Below, piece after piece: positions 40,801 through 53,365 of a stretch of DNA of 64,000 bases. The position numbers and the translations under genes were made by a program. How positions within the stretch are numbered: position 1 is the first letter of the stretch; each line of letters starts with the position of its first letter. This DNA is from Octopus vulgaris (Eukaryota): positions 49,290,001 to 49,354,000 of the forward strand of contig OX597827.1 of the NCBI GenBank assembly GCA_951406725.2, read 5' to 3'. A model generated the notes under the pieces. That model was not told where the DNA came from. It saw only the letters and a program-made list of their open reading frames with translations, and ran no database searches.

Positions 40801-41573
40801 GTAGTTGTTGTTAGTAGTGCTGGTGGTTGTGGTATTCTTGGAGAAGTAGTGAAGATGAGTTTGGTGGAGACGAAGGAGGTGGGACGATGCTCTTTGGTGG
40901 AGGCTGTGCATATTGTCGTTCACCTTTCATATATATACTTACGTGGGGATTTTCGTAGTAGAGGTGGTGGGGGTTTGTCGTAGTGGTAGCAGTAGTAGTG
41001 GTGGTGATGGTGAAGCTATTAGTTGTAGTGTTTGATTATGGCGTTGATAGTGGCGGTAGATGCATTTTTGAAAATGGCGCTTATAGTTATAGCTGTAATC
41101 ATGATGATCATGGTGGTGGTGAAGATGACGTTTTTGGTGGTGGTGCTGTTGGTGGCGGTGGTTGTGATGGAGGGAGCGATGGTGATAAGGGGACAGGAGG
41201 GAGTTAAGAAGCGTCACTTTGTATGAGGAGGACAGATGATTCAATGAAGAGGGGGGAGATGGATTGGTTGACATTTAATGTGGAGAGGAGGAGGGGATGA
41301 ATGACAGAGATGATGAGGATTTATTGCTGTTGTGAATGTAGTTAATTGGTTTATATATATATATATAATATACATATTTGTGTGTGTTGCATGTATGTAC
41401 ATATATATTTATATACACATGTATTCATATACATATCCATGTGCATATGTATTCATTAACATTTATATATATACACATATATACAGACATGCATTGGCGT
41501 GTATATGTATATGCAGGCATATACATAGACGCACACACATATAGACTAACATCTACACAAATATACATATATG

Positions 41574-41608
<35 letters not shown>

Positions 41609-41699
41609 ACACGTAAGTATAAACTAGAATGAGAAAAGAGCGGATTCAATACTGAAATTAAGGCGGTATAATTTATTGATGGCTGTTTTTACACAAATC

Positions 41700-42620
41700 G
41701 TTACTCCTGGTTTCTAATTGACGACTTTCGTTTAATCTGTTATTGTCTTGAAATAAAATCTGTAATTTATCGCTTAAACACAGCTTAGAGCGCTGACTTG
41801 AACGGAAAGTAGACATATGAAATGGTATGAGTTGAGCTTTGGATTTCAAATGCTACACCACATCTTTTTAGATGTATTTGAAAAATTTCCCTTCAAGATT
41901 CTTAAGCAAATAAACATAGGGATGAAATTGAATAACGAAGTAGCTGCCGTTCAAAATATGTAATTCTGAGAGGGACTGGTATTATGCGTTCACATTTTGT
42001 ACAGTTGTAAACTTTACAACATGAATATGTTATCTTAATCATATTTCTCTCAAAAACCTTATAATTGATCGAAAAATAATAAAGTTCAGTTTAAGAAATC
42101 TTCGATGTATGGACTTTGTGATGGATTATAACACTCAATATTTCTTAGCCTGTTTTTACCTTTGGAAACATTGGTCCGGGTTGTGTATTTTATTTAATGT
42201 GTAATATCATAGTCAGTTTCCTTAAAATAATGAGAACTAATAAGTGCAACCTTTATCTGAAGATAAGGAGTGTATAGGAAAACATTGGGATTAAATGTGT
42301 ACGAATATGGCGAGTTGGTAGAATTATTATGAGTTTTTTTTAATGTTTTCTGTAAGGATATAATTTAACGCAGTATCCAAAATATTAAAGATGTCAAAGT
42401 CAATATCTGCTATGAATCTCTTCCTATTTTTCTTAATTAACTCTGAGGGGTACTTTTCTAATTCATCTAGCTCGCGATCATTGAGATTACTCGTGACTCT
42501 TAGACCATCGGTTTTGGATAATCCTCTTCGCAAGGTAGGGAAACAAAAATGTCTAAAATATAAATTCCAGTACGTTCCTCTGCTTGTATTCTGTGCCATT
42601 CTGGGATAACATGAAACAAT
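41700..42620 (-). pseudogene. Highly degenerate PLE ORF remnant (RT thumb and linker)
   Basis: ORF 42327-42659 contains YFRHFCFPTLRRGLSKTDGLRVTSNLNDRELDELEKYPSELIK, like the PLE 'HP..KRG....R...S.......L...YP..LI' region. A Cys motif CCKVYNCTKC follows near 42000. Confidence 0.45.
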
Positions 42621-43797
42621 CAAATATTTTTTTACGAAAAGGGAATTAACTCTACTCACCGGTTTACATCGCTATACATTCACAAAGCCGACACATATGT
42701 GCAATGTATGAGTACACAAGAGGAAGAAAATAGAGTAGAGTACTCAATACTGAAAATAGAGACAATTTATTGGAAGATGAATCTTTACAACTGTTACTCA
42801 AAGGTCCACTTTGTCGATCTGTTATGAAAAGTATTACATGACATTCCAGATACAAAAAAACAGTCAATAAAATTATTTAGTTGACAGAAAACGCGCAACA
42901 AATAGAGAATGCCTGTATTTATTGTCCCCAAGCCGACAAATGCCTTTGTGAGTGAAATTAGGAAACGGAAACTGCGTGAATGCCTTGTATTTATTGACTC
43001 ACTCCCACACACGTGCGTAATGATACGTCAAGATTTAAGAAAGATATGGACAAGTTTAATACTCAAAGTAGATCGATTTCCTAAAATCCATCGTCATAAA
43101 TATGGGAGACGAAATCCGGATAAACAAGATGTGGATACAGGAAATGCAAAATAAAGCTAATATAATATAAAAGATGTGCAAGCAAATCGTTTGGGAATAA
43201 GTTACACAAATACTCATATAAGTAAGCAAGAAGATAGACTGTAGCTAGGTAGATTTTCGAAAGATTAAAAAGCGTAAAAACAATTGTGAAGAAAGACGAA
43301 AATTCAAGGTAGCCCTTTACAGCTGTTTCGGAAATTTGTTTACAAATAGATGCAATAAAGTGTATTATACATACTACATAGATATGTACTAAATTAGTAT
43401 TAACAAATAAGTATGAAATAAACCAAATCTCTGGATATTCACCGATTTAATATGTATTTCCATGCACTAACTTCTTGCTTTCCGTTTAATTCCGTTTATA
43501 TGCATATTTGTGTACTTTATAAGTACTTGAGTGCCATAAATAACTGCTTGTCCATCCGTTACTAAAATGTGATCCGCAGAGTACATCATAATTAACGTTA
43601 AGCAAGTTATTTTTCACTAAAATTGTTCAAAAATCTTAAAGTATACGATAGACCATTTCAGGCTACGACCATTAAGTCAAATAATAAAGTTAAATAAATA
43701 ATACGTAAAGAACAAACTTCTGATGCACGATATAAAGGAAAATATGCATAATCATATCACATATATGTCTGTGTGCAGGTGTGTGTGTGCGTGCGTG

Positions 43798-43838
<41 letters not shown>

Positions 43839-44364
43839 GTTCTCACATAACTTTTTAGAGTTAAGTACATCTCCCAGTGCAACGTGGCATTATTGATATT
43901 TCTATTTTTGCTGTTGCTGAGACGTGTTTTTTTTCTCCAATCAAGATCATCATGATCTTTGCTATCATCATTTTTATGATTTTCTTCATTTCATACCCTT
44001 ACGATTAATGACATGGAATTGGTGATAGCGGTGAATTGCATTGGGTTGCTATTACTGGTGAGGATGCTAGTGAAGTTGATGATGGCGATGACAGGAATGT
44101 AGCTGGTGGTGAGATTAGCTGTGATGGTGGTGACGATGTTGTTGATGGTAATAATGTTGATAGTGAGAACGATGAGAGTATTGACAGTGATGAAAATATA
44201 ATTGCATGGTGGTGTTGATGCACGATTTGTGGTGACGTTTTGGGGGAGCTGATAATGGTGATGGTAATAGTAGATAGTGATGTCGATGGTGAAGATGACG
44301 GTGTTGATAATGACACAGCAGTGATAATGACGATGCTGATCTCACTAATGGTATCTAATATACA

Positions 44365-44885
44365 CACAAGGCCTGCGGTAGACTATATCGATCTAAGTTC
44401 TTGACAGGTACTTAATTTTATCGACAAAGAAAGGATGAAAGAGTTGAATCCGGTGGGATTTGAACCCAGATGGCAGAAACACCGCGAAGCATTTTTTCCG
44501 GCTTTATATCGATTGTGCCAGCTCCCACTTTAATGGTGATATTAAAAATAATGATTTTAATTTTTAATCCAAGGCCAGCAGTTTTAACAGGAGGTGGCAA
44601 GACGATGTATTCCAGTACTTGACTAATAATTATTTTATCGCCCCCGAAAGGCTGTCAGGCAAAGTCGACCATGACAGAATTGGGATTCAGAATGTTCGGA
44701 AATAATATTAATAATGGTTTCTAGAGAGTGGTAAGTCGATTATATCGACCCCCAGGGCTCAACTAGTATTGATTTTATCGCTCACGAAAGAATGAAATGT
44801 TAAGTCAACCTCGGCGGAATTTGAACTCAGAACGTAAAGACGGACGAAAGGCCCGGCCTGCTAACGCTTCAGCCAGCTCGCCACC
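44365..44885 (-). mobile_element. Three consecutive degenerate SINE family A copies
   Basis: TTTTATCG...GAAAGGATGAAAG...GGAATTTGAAC motifs near 44420, 44635 and 44775, separated by AAT-rich spacers. Confidence 0.8.
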
Positions 44886-45264
44886 CTACTAATAATAATA
44901 TTAATAATAACAGTGATGATAACGATAAGTGAAAAAGCAATACGTTTTCAAGCTCTGTACTGAGGGCATAGTTTAACAAGATCAAACTTTTACTCCAGAC
45001 ATGGAAATTTAATTTTCTATAAATCTAATTACTCCTTTACTTTTTTATCGGTTCCAGCCAGCGGCTGTGCCCATGTTGAGACACTGGTATTAATTCTTAA
45101 TTACTTGGAATTATCTCACAAATCTTTTAAAAGTCACTAACAAGCACTAGTATGTTTTCTTTCTGTTTTTTTTTTTGTTTTGTTTTGTTCTTGTTTTTTT
45201 ACTTTTTTTCCAAAAATATTTTCCTACGTAAATCTGTACTTGAATTAACTAAATCCATACCACT

Positions 45265-45700
45265 GGCAGACGTATGAATGTAAGATTAAGAAGGTCGTTT
45301 CGAAATCATAAGGTTTCGGCTTCAGTCCCACTGCGTGGCATTGAGGGTCAAAGTCTTCTACTTTAGCCCCCAAGCTGTCAAATGCCCTTGTGAGTGAAAT
45401 TAGGAGACGGAAACTGCGTGAAGTCCATTGTGTGTATGTGTGTATATATATATATATATAATGTACGTGTGTTTGTGTCTATTTGTAGGCACGCATGCGT
45501 GAGTAGTTTGTTTTGTCCATACACGTTTGACAACCAGTGTTGGTTTATTTTCCCGTAACTTAGGTTTCGGTAAAAGTGACAGCTTAATTACTAGATTTAA
45601 AATGGTTAATTTTGGGGTCCATTTCTTCGATTAAGCCCGTCAAGCTGTTACCCCCAGCGTAACCCTGGTGCAATGAGTGAAATTAGTAAAATAATTAAAA
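45265..45700 (+). mobile_element. Degenerate SINE family B
   Basis: TTCAGTCCCACTGCGTGGCA...CTTGTGAGTGAAATTAGGAGACGGAAACTG...TTGACAACCAGTGTTGG. Confidence 0.8.
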
Positions 45701-46319
45701 AGTATGATTTCTTTCTTTTCGTTCATGTTTTGTAATTATGCAAATTAGTCTGACTAAAATCTTGGAAAATTATAATTATCTTTCTATTCTTAAAACATTT
45801 CTTTCAGCCAATCAAAGCAGGCAAGACTAATACCGATAAGTATCAACAGGCCCACTGATAAAACTGTTTTCCTGCTAAGCATAAAATACGATTTTCTAGT
45901 AAACCGATTCTTAATACCTAGAGATATACAAGAATTATGCTGATAGAGACTTCATAGTTTCGTCCAAAACTTCGAAGTCCCTGTCAACAACATTCTTGTA
46001 AAAGAATAATAAATTGACACGCAACGAAAGTATAGAGAAACCCATCTGATTAATCGTTTTTATTATAACTGAACATGCACACACACATATATCAATGGAT
46101 GAGCTCTACGCGTGATAATTAAACATGCATACACAAACGATCACATACGTACACATACATTATATAAGCTACTCAAAGAGAGAAAGAGAAAGAGAGATAG
46201 GTATTTGCTTCTTTTATCATAAATGATCGCGTGAATAATAGATACTAGCAGAGGCACCCGGCATTGCCCGGGAATTAAATTGTTCCTTATTTTCGTTTGT
46301 TATTATTATTTTGGTGGGG

Positions 46320-46754
46320 GGATCTTTTCGGTTTGAACGGCAGCTTTTTCTAGCGGTGTCATATGAAATTGTCACCCATAATTATGACCCTAGTATCGAT
46401 CTATTGCATGTCAATCTGTTTTAGGGTTAGGGTTAGTTAGGATTAGGGTTAGGGTTGGGGGGATGGGTATCTTTTTTTTTTCTTCAGAAATGTAAATAAA
46501 CCCAATCTGTTTCTTAAACGAGGGACATATTTATCCGGCACAGAATGTTTTCATCTCAATAGACGTCATTGATTGGTTGAAATTGCAGAAATTGAAGAAA
46601 AAAACAACAAATATCTTACAAACCATAGAATTTTCTCAATAAAGCCAAGAGAAAAAGACGTTTTATAAACACATTCTACCAGTATACGAAGTTTAAAAGT
46701 GTTTAGTTATGTGGAAATTATTTTAAAAAACTGCCGTTCAAACCGAAAAGATCC
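46320..46754. mobile_element. MITE with 24-bp perfect TIR and internal TTAGGG repeats
   Basis: GGATCTTTTCGGTTTGAACGGCAG ... CTGCCGTTCAAACCGAAAAGATCC; TTAGGG-type units at 46421-46454. Confidence 0.88.
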
Positions 46755-46809
46755 TTTTTTTTTTGTATTATGAATTCAGAATTGATTTCATCGTGTATTG
46801 TAATAGAAG

Positions 46810-47034
46810 AATGCCAAAGACCGTCATTTGGAAAACTGAATTATAGTTTCGAATGTTTTTCAAGAAGTGCATGCTCCTTGGTGTGTTTCCCAAATGCAAT
46901 GTCTTCAAAGTATCTAGGAGTGTACCAGACCTCGGCAAAACAACCGTTCCTCCACCACAACACATAATGGGGCTTTCTTTTTCCCCCTTTTTTTTTTCCT
47001 TTACGAAAACTGCACTCTTTTGACATTGTTCCAA
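46810..47034 (-). pseudogene. Helitron RepHel N-terminal fragment
   Basis: MEQCQKS...KESPIMCCGGGTVVLP...LKTLHLGNTPRSMHFLKNIRNYNSVFQMTVFG matches the Helitron signature CC..GKV.LP...F..NIR.YN..F.MTS.G. Confidence 0.85.
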
Positions 47035-47389
47035 TTCAATTAATTTCTCTGTACAATAATCATACTTTGGATCCTAGTTGAAAGCTGATCTTTTCCTAGT
47101 TCCCTTAAAAGTCTATCTTGACCAAAACTCTTAAGTCTTTCCCCTGGGGATCGGCGAAGTCTTGCAGCAACTGTTTGCTCCTGCTTTTTTCACTGTCTCA
47201 TCCCTCGCTGACCTATTGTCTCATTGGCAACTCTGGCAGCTTGTCTTTGTCTTGCATCCTTTAAATGCTTTTTTTCTTTCCTCTTTTTGACTCTTGGCTC
47301 CTGCGGATTGCCTTTTGTTGACGTAATTGTTCTAACCGTTTTTCCCTTGCTGCTTGTGACTCTTTGACCCTGTGTGCAGTAGCTCTCCT

Positions 47390-47671
47390 GGATCTTTTCG
47401 CTTTGACCGGCAGATTTTTAAAATAATTTCTTTGTAACTAAATACTTTTAAACTTCGTAATTTAGTGTGTTTTACATAAAACATCTTTTTCTTTTGGCTT
47501 TCTTGAGAACATTCTGTAGTTTGTAAGATATTTGTTGTTTAATTTCTTGCATTTCGGCAATTTCAACCAATCAATGACGTCTATGTAACACACTACCAGT
47601 ATACGAAGTTTAAAAGTGTTTAGATACAAAGAAATTATTTTTAAAATCTGCCGGTCAAAGTGAAAAGATCC
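47390..47671. mobile_element. MITE with about 70-bp TIRs and 8-bp TSD (GG termini; Merlin- or Mutator-like)
   Basis: GGATCTTTTCGCTTTGACCGGCAGATTTT... / ...AAAATCTGCCGGTCAAAGTGAAAAGATCC; flanks GCTCTCCT (47382-47389) and ACTCTCCT (47672-47679). Confidence 0.88.
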
Positions 47672-48058
47672 ACTCTCCTTCCGTAGTTTTCATGTCTTTA
47701 CTGTCGTTGTGCAGGGGTCTCTAGTGACCTATACTCGTCTTTGCTTCACTGTATAATACTGATCATCTATCTACAACTACCCCATCTCCTCTTGGTAGAG
47801 AGTGAGAACATTTCTCTCGGAAACCTTTTCGAAAATTAAAATGGGGATTAAATGAAAAAGTGAGTGAAAGTTACGTGAATATCTTCACCAGAGTGATTGA
47901 AATAAATGGCGATTGTGGAACGCCACAAACACGCTCACACACATATACACACACAGTATCAAACATCAGCGTGTCTTTCTCACCCGCTTTCCCTCTCTCT
48001 TTGTGCCGGCTTTCTTTCACCTTCACCTATAGAACAGACATACGGTATCAAAGATCAG

Positions 48059-48089
<31 letters not shown>

Positions 48090-49064
48090 TGCTATCCCTC
48101 TCTTTCAACTTCTATAGAAACTTTTCTCTCTTCTCTCTATTTTTCTCATTCCGTATTTCTCTCGCTTACACACATTCTCTCTCACCCTCTTTTGTTTCTC
48201 TCTCTCTTTCTCTAACTCACTCACTCGCACACACACTATTTACATTTCTCCCTCTTCTGTTTCTCTCTCTCTCCCTTCTCACTCCCTCATTGCCATTATG
48301 TACAGACATACAAATACAGACATCTGCTAATATATAGAGAGAGAGATGGAGAGATAAAAGAAATACGTCCTTGAAGTGACAAAAAGAGAAACTACCAGAA
48401 AGAGAGTGAGTGAGAGAGTGAGTGGGAAAGAGAGTGAGAAAGGAAGATAGAAAGACAAAAAGCATCTTTTGTGCAGAGAATGGCGGGATTTGTATTTTTT
48501 GTCGTTTTTTAGCGTTTCATTGTTGTTTTTTTCTATACTTCGCATAACTGGAGGCTTTTATTTCTTTACCTTTCTTTCTTATCTACTCTTGAAAGGTAAG
48601 ATAACATTGTTTTTCTACACTTCCGTAAGCGCTAAAGCTTCCGCTACGTCACGCAATATAAAAAGCGAACAAATTTTTGTTTTTGTAATTTAAGTAAAAA
48701 AAAAACGACTTTACGTTTTATGTTTGGTTATTTATTATGGGAGGTGGGGATGGATTTTTTTTTTTCTCGGAGTGATTTGTGAGTTGTTGCTTGCTACAAA
48801 AGAGACCTTTAACACTTTTAACAGACAAGGTGTCTAGTTTCCCTCTTGAACGCCGGTTCTTTTTCTTTTTTCCTTTATCTTTTATGAGTGCGTGTTTGCT
48901 CTTTGGAAGAAAAGAGAAGTATTCTTTTTTCCAACTTGATTGTTTTGTTTTCTGCTTTTTTTTTCTACTTTTTCAGGCGTTTATAATTATTCAACTTAAG
49001 CTTCCCAATAGTATTTCAAACGTGAGTGATATATATATATATATATACATATCACTCACGTTTG

Positions 49065-49120
<56 letters not shown>

Positions 49121-49331
49121 ACATCAAAGACGATGGAATGGACATGCTTTAATCACAAGACAACAATTGTTTTTGTGCTTTGGTAACTGGATATGCGTGT
49201 GGAAATCCGTTACTATATGCAGAGAGTTTCCACATGTATATCCAATAAAATGAGTATTCCTGATGTACGATGACATATGATAATCGTGTAGAAGCTCTGA
49301 AATGCACGTTATGAGGTTATTACTCAGTTGT

Positions 49332-49361
<30 letters not shown>

Positions 49362-49362
<1 letters not shown>

Positions 49363-49535
49363 AGGGAGAATTCACAAAAAAGACAAAGACAGATGGTATA
49401 GAAAACAAACAGATGTATTAGTAAAATGCTCGGGAATTGAAAAAAGTCTTTAACGTTTCGAGCCTACGCTCTTCCACAGAAAGAAACAAAGAGAGAAAAA
49501 ATGTGTGTAGTGGCTAGCCACTATCATGGCGAAAT
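49362..49535 (-). mobile_element. PLE 3' terminus with hammerhead-like motif (about 49448-49483)
   Basis: Minus strand CTTT-CTGTGGA-A-GAGC-GTAG-GCTC-GAAAC-GTT-AAAG; homologous to 38087 and 62490; abuts (TG)n. Confidence 0.75.
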
Positions 49536-51032
49536 ATCTATATATATATCCATATATGCACACACAGTGGTATATATAGGGTGGATGGATGCAGCGCGTA
49601 AGGAATCAAAAATATGACATAAAGGGACAATCCTTTCTGATAATGGTTTCAGGTCATACTTTTTGTGGTGGGTGGGGGGAAAGAATGCTGCAGTTGATTA
49701 AATCTGTCTTAGAACCTGGCAAGTATCTAAGTTTATGGCACTAGAACAACTGAAAGACTGAATAGAGACGGAGAGACGAAAAGATATAAGATTGACGTGA
49801 TCATACCTACATTTGATGCGAGAACACAAAGGCAGAGAAGGGGTTGAAAATATAATTAGAATTATAGGATGAAAGGGACAGAGACGACGAGAGAAGGGGA
49901 TGAAGCAGCAGTTAGTTTACAGAAAGACAGCTTCGATTAGGCATGGGGAAAATTCACATAAGACATAGCTCATCGTAAGTCGAACTGCACCACTAAAAAC
50001 ATCATGCGTATGTTATTTTCCTCGTGAACTAAGGTGTGCTATTCGGGAGGTCCCGCGGGTCGCAGTTTGCCTATAACAGGTTTAGGTGGTAGAAAGAAAG
50101 ATAAAGCAAAGGGTTTGAAAAAATAGCGGTGGGACACAGTAAAATGGGCAGAGAATGTGAAAGAGATATAGGAGGAAATTGGAAAAAGAAAAAGCATGAT
50201 ACTGAGAGATAATGAGAGAAGAATGAAAGGACTTTTTGATAGACAGTGGGAGATATGGACAGAAAAAGGGCTAAACAGTAAGGGAGAGTAAGAGTGATAA
50301 AATAACATCAGGTAAATAGAGATAAAGTGACAGAGATATATAGGGAGTAGGGTTATAGAGAGAGACGGAGATTGTCAGGGCTTTGACACAAATAAAAAGA
50401 AGTGAAAGTAAATATGTAAAAAAAGCGAGGGAGAAAGAGGGGAGTTTTGTTCACCAGATTATACAACTCAATAATCACGTCCGTAACTTAAATTCTATTT
50501 CTCTAATATTTAGCAAGGAGTGTTTGATTTTTCTGTAATTGGGCTTGCAGTTGGCGAAAGGTAAATATTGAAAAAATAATTCCAGTCATTTCCGCTCTTA
50601 ATCGGGGAAAAAAGCGGCCATTGTAAACTGTCAAAAGTGTAAACAATTGAAATTTAATATTTCGCCCCTTCTGGGCATTTTTCCTGGGAAACAGTCGGTC
50701 CAGTGATGTCCATATTTGCTACAGCACTTCCGGGAACATTTCTGTTTTGAGTTAACGAGCATAGTGGTTGCGTTTAATTGATATTAACGTGTGGGATATA
50801 TATATATATATATTGAGAGAGAAAAAGAGTAACTCAGAGAGACTGAATTTAAAGCTGCAAAGGGAAAGATATAGAGACCTTAAAAGAGCGAGGGTTGTTG
50901 AGAGACACTGTGATAGAATACGACAAACAGAGCGACTGACAAGTCGGAGAGACCATTTAGTAATAGATTGACGGGAATAGAGCGAGAGAAAGACGGAGGA
51001 AGGGAAGGAGGAAGCAAATGGAAAAGAGGAAA

Positions 51033-51076
<44 letters not shown>

Positions 51077-51369
51077 CGAAACAAAGATAGGAGAAAATTT
51101 TCAGGTTCCATGGGGGAAAATGATTCTTTTAGGTTCGCTTGCACTTTATTTTCCATAATTCAATAACCGAGATGCAGAGGATAATTAACATCCTTAACAT
51201 CCTCTTTCATTCCACCTTTTGCTCTTCACTCCCCCCCCCGCCGCATCCTCATTCCCACAAAATTACTCTTTACTGAAACACACACGCGCACACCTTACAA
51301 CTCTCTTCACTTCATTGCTCCATCTAGCTGTTTCTCTTGCACTTTTCTCTCTATCATTATGTGTGTGTG

Positions 51370-51604
51370 TATATACACACACACATATATATACACACAC
51401 ACACACACATATATACACACACACACACATATATACACACACACACATATATACACACACATATATATATACACACACACGCACATATATATACACACAC
51501 ACACATATATATATATACACACACTCACACATATATACACACACACATATACACACACACACATACACATATATACACATACACACACATACACACACAC
51601 ATAT

Positions 51605-51636
<32 letters not shown>

Positions 51637-51676
51637 TCACATATATATATACACACACACACATATACACACACAT

Positions 51677-51745
<69 letters not shown>
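51370..51745. repeat. (CA)n/(TA)n compound array
   Basis: Read directly. Confidence 0.95.
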
Positions 51746-51746
<1 letters not shown>

Positions 51747-52104
51747 GCCTGCATAGCAGTTCTTCCTAAAATGTGTTTGCTTTTTTTTCTCTGGTATTTA
51801 TTCTTAATTTACCTTTCCGCCATTAGAGAGAAGAGGAGGAAAATAAAACATTTCGAGCAAGGTTAATGATTTTGTTAATGTTCTCTTCTCAAATAATAAC
51901 GAAGTTCGACATTGCTTTTCATACTTCCGGTGTCGATAACATAAAGTGCTGGTATCCGATTCAATTGAATACAACCTCTCACATTCATCAAAGTACATCT
52001 GCCATTGTGCCTCCGTATAAGAATTCATTACCGAAGATTACTATGCTCAAATACATACGTACGAACACGTGAATATATCTCTGTGTGCGTGTGTTTGTTT
52101 AAAC

Positions 52105-52345
52105 GAAAGGTCCTTCCCGAGCCATAGGCTTATAGGCCTGTTTCCCCGGATTATGTTGGTTAAATATTCCTCACTGGACGGGGCACCAGTCCGTCGCAGG
52201 ATGAATCGTTTTTTTCCAGGTGAATGGATTGGAATAATGTGAAATGAGGTGTTTTGCTCCAGAGCCCAACGCACTCCACGGTACGAGAAACGAAACCACA
52301 ATCTTATAATCATGAGTGCAACATATTAACAACTTAAGCATGCTT
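52105..52345 (-). mobile_element. Degenerate SINE (body B, tail Y-like)
   Basis: GGACGGGGCACCAGTCCGTCGCAGG...GTGAAATGAGGTGTTTTGCTCC...GAAACCACAATCTTA. Confidence 0.65.
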
Positions 52346-52425
52346 TGCTTTTGCTTTATTCACAAACTCATATGTGTGTATGTGTGCAAATAAAGGGCAC
52401 AGAAAGAATGAAGCCCAGCTATATC

Positions 52426-52659
52426 TATTTCTTTACTACCCACCAGGGGCTAAACACAGAGAGGACAAACAAGGATAGACAAACGGATTAAGTTGATTAC
52501 ATAGACCCCAGTGCGTAACTAGTACTTATTTAATCGACCCCGAAAGGATGAAAGGCAAAGTCGACCTCGGCGGAATTTGAACTCAGAACATAACGGCAGA
52601 CGAAATACTGCGAAGCATTTCGTCCGGCGTGCTAACGATTCTGCCAGTTCGCCGCCTTT
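52426..52659 (-). mobile_element. Full-length SINE family A monomer with 18-bp TSD
   Basis: TSD ATGAA(G/T)CCCAGCTATATC at 52408-52425 and 52660-52677. Confidence 0.93.
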
Positions 52660-52944
52660 ATGAATCCCAGCTATATCATGACATGAAAATTATGGAACGT
52701 TTATGACAAGCTACATTAAAGATGTCTAAAGATGTCAGTAATTCTTCACTTCACTATCCGATGTTGAACTAAATACAGTTACTTTCTTTAAGAACCCCGT
52801 CACCATAAGAATGGTGGTCGTGGTATGGCTCACCGAAAAAACACAACTTTCTTAATGATGATGTTTTCTGGGGAATTATAATACTTTGGAACACTGAAAT
52901 GTTTACCAGTAGCTATATGATGTACAGACAGAGACAGACAGATA

Positions 52945-52997
<53 letters not shown>

Positions 52998-53036
52998 ACA
53001 CGAACATAGGCAGTATAATTTTGAGTTAATCTAAAT

Positions 53037-53365
53037 CAGAGGTTCTCAACCATTTTTTTAATCTATGGACCCCTTTGATTAGTGTTTCATTCCGGTGGAC
53101 CCCCATAGCCATTTGATGTTTAAAAACTGGCTTTATAGAAACTTCTTTCAAAATCCCTATTTTGTTTTTCACACATAAACTTGTGTAGGTTGAACTATAT
53201 AAATTGTTAATGAATGAAACCTGTTTCTTGCAATACATAACAATTACATATATCTAACGCAAAAATTTTTCAGGGACTCTTGAAATACTGCTGTGGATCC
53301 CTAATTTACTATTTTATATGAACCCCCCAAAAAAATCTTATACGGACCCCAACTAAGAACCACTG
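53037..53365. mobile_element. hAT-type MITE
   Basis: Termini CAGAGGTTCTCAAC / CTAAGAACCACTG; subterminal GGACCCC repeats; 8-bp TSD ATCTAAAT / ATCTAAGT. Confidence 0.85.

Larger units (their letters stand above)
46245..49070 (-). mobile_element. Internally deleted Helitron (5' boundary approximate)
   Basis: 3' end on the minus strand is hairpin CCCGGGCAATGCCGGG followed by CTAG|T at 46245; it contains a co-oriented RepHel fragment. The 5' TC end is not resolved and is placed near the (TA)n at about 49070. Confidence 0.7.

Noticed and set aside
40645-41274. His/Asn/Val/Gly-rich ORFs suggesting a transcription-factor low-complexity exon (also 44005-44367)
   Set aside because: Degenerate GGT/GAT/TAT trinucleotide tracts open on both strands, with no domain and no convincing splice context.
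43308-43335. Minus-strand GAAAC-AGCT-GTA, a hammerhead 3' half
   Set aside because: No convincing CUGANGA or stem I partner found; possibly a decayed PLE terminus.
46421-46454. Telomere or chromosome-end signal
   Set aside because: Only a few imperfect TTAGGG units inside a MITE.
50040-50082. hAT-like right end CCCGCGGGTCGCAGTTTGCC
   Set aside because: No matching left TIR or TSD located.
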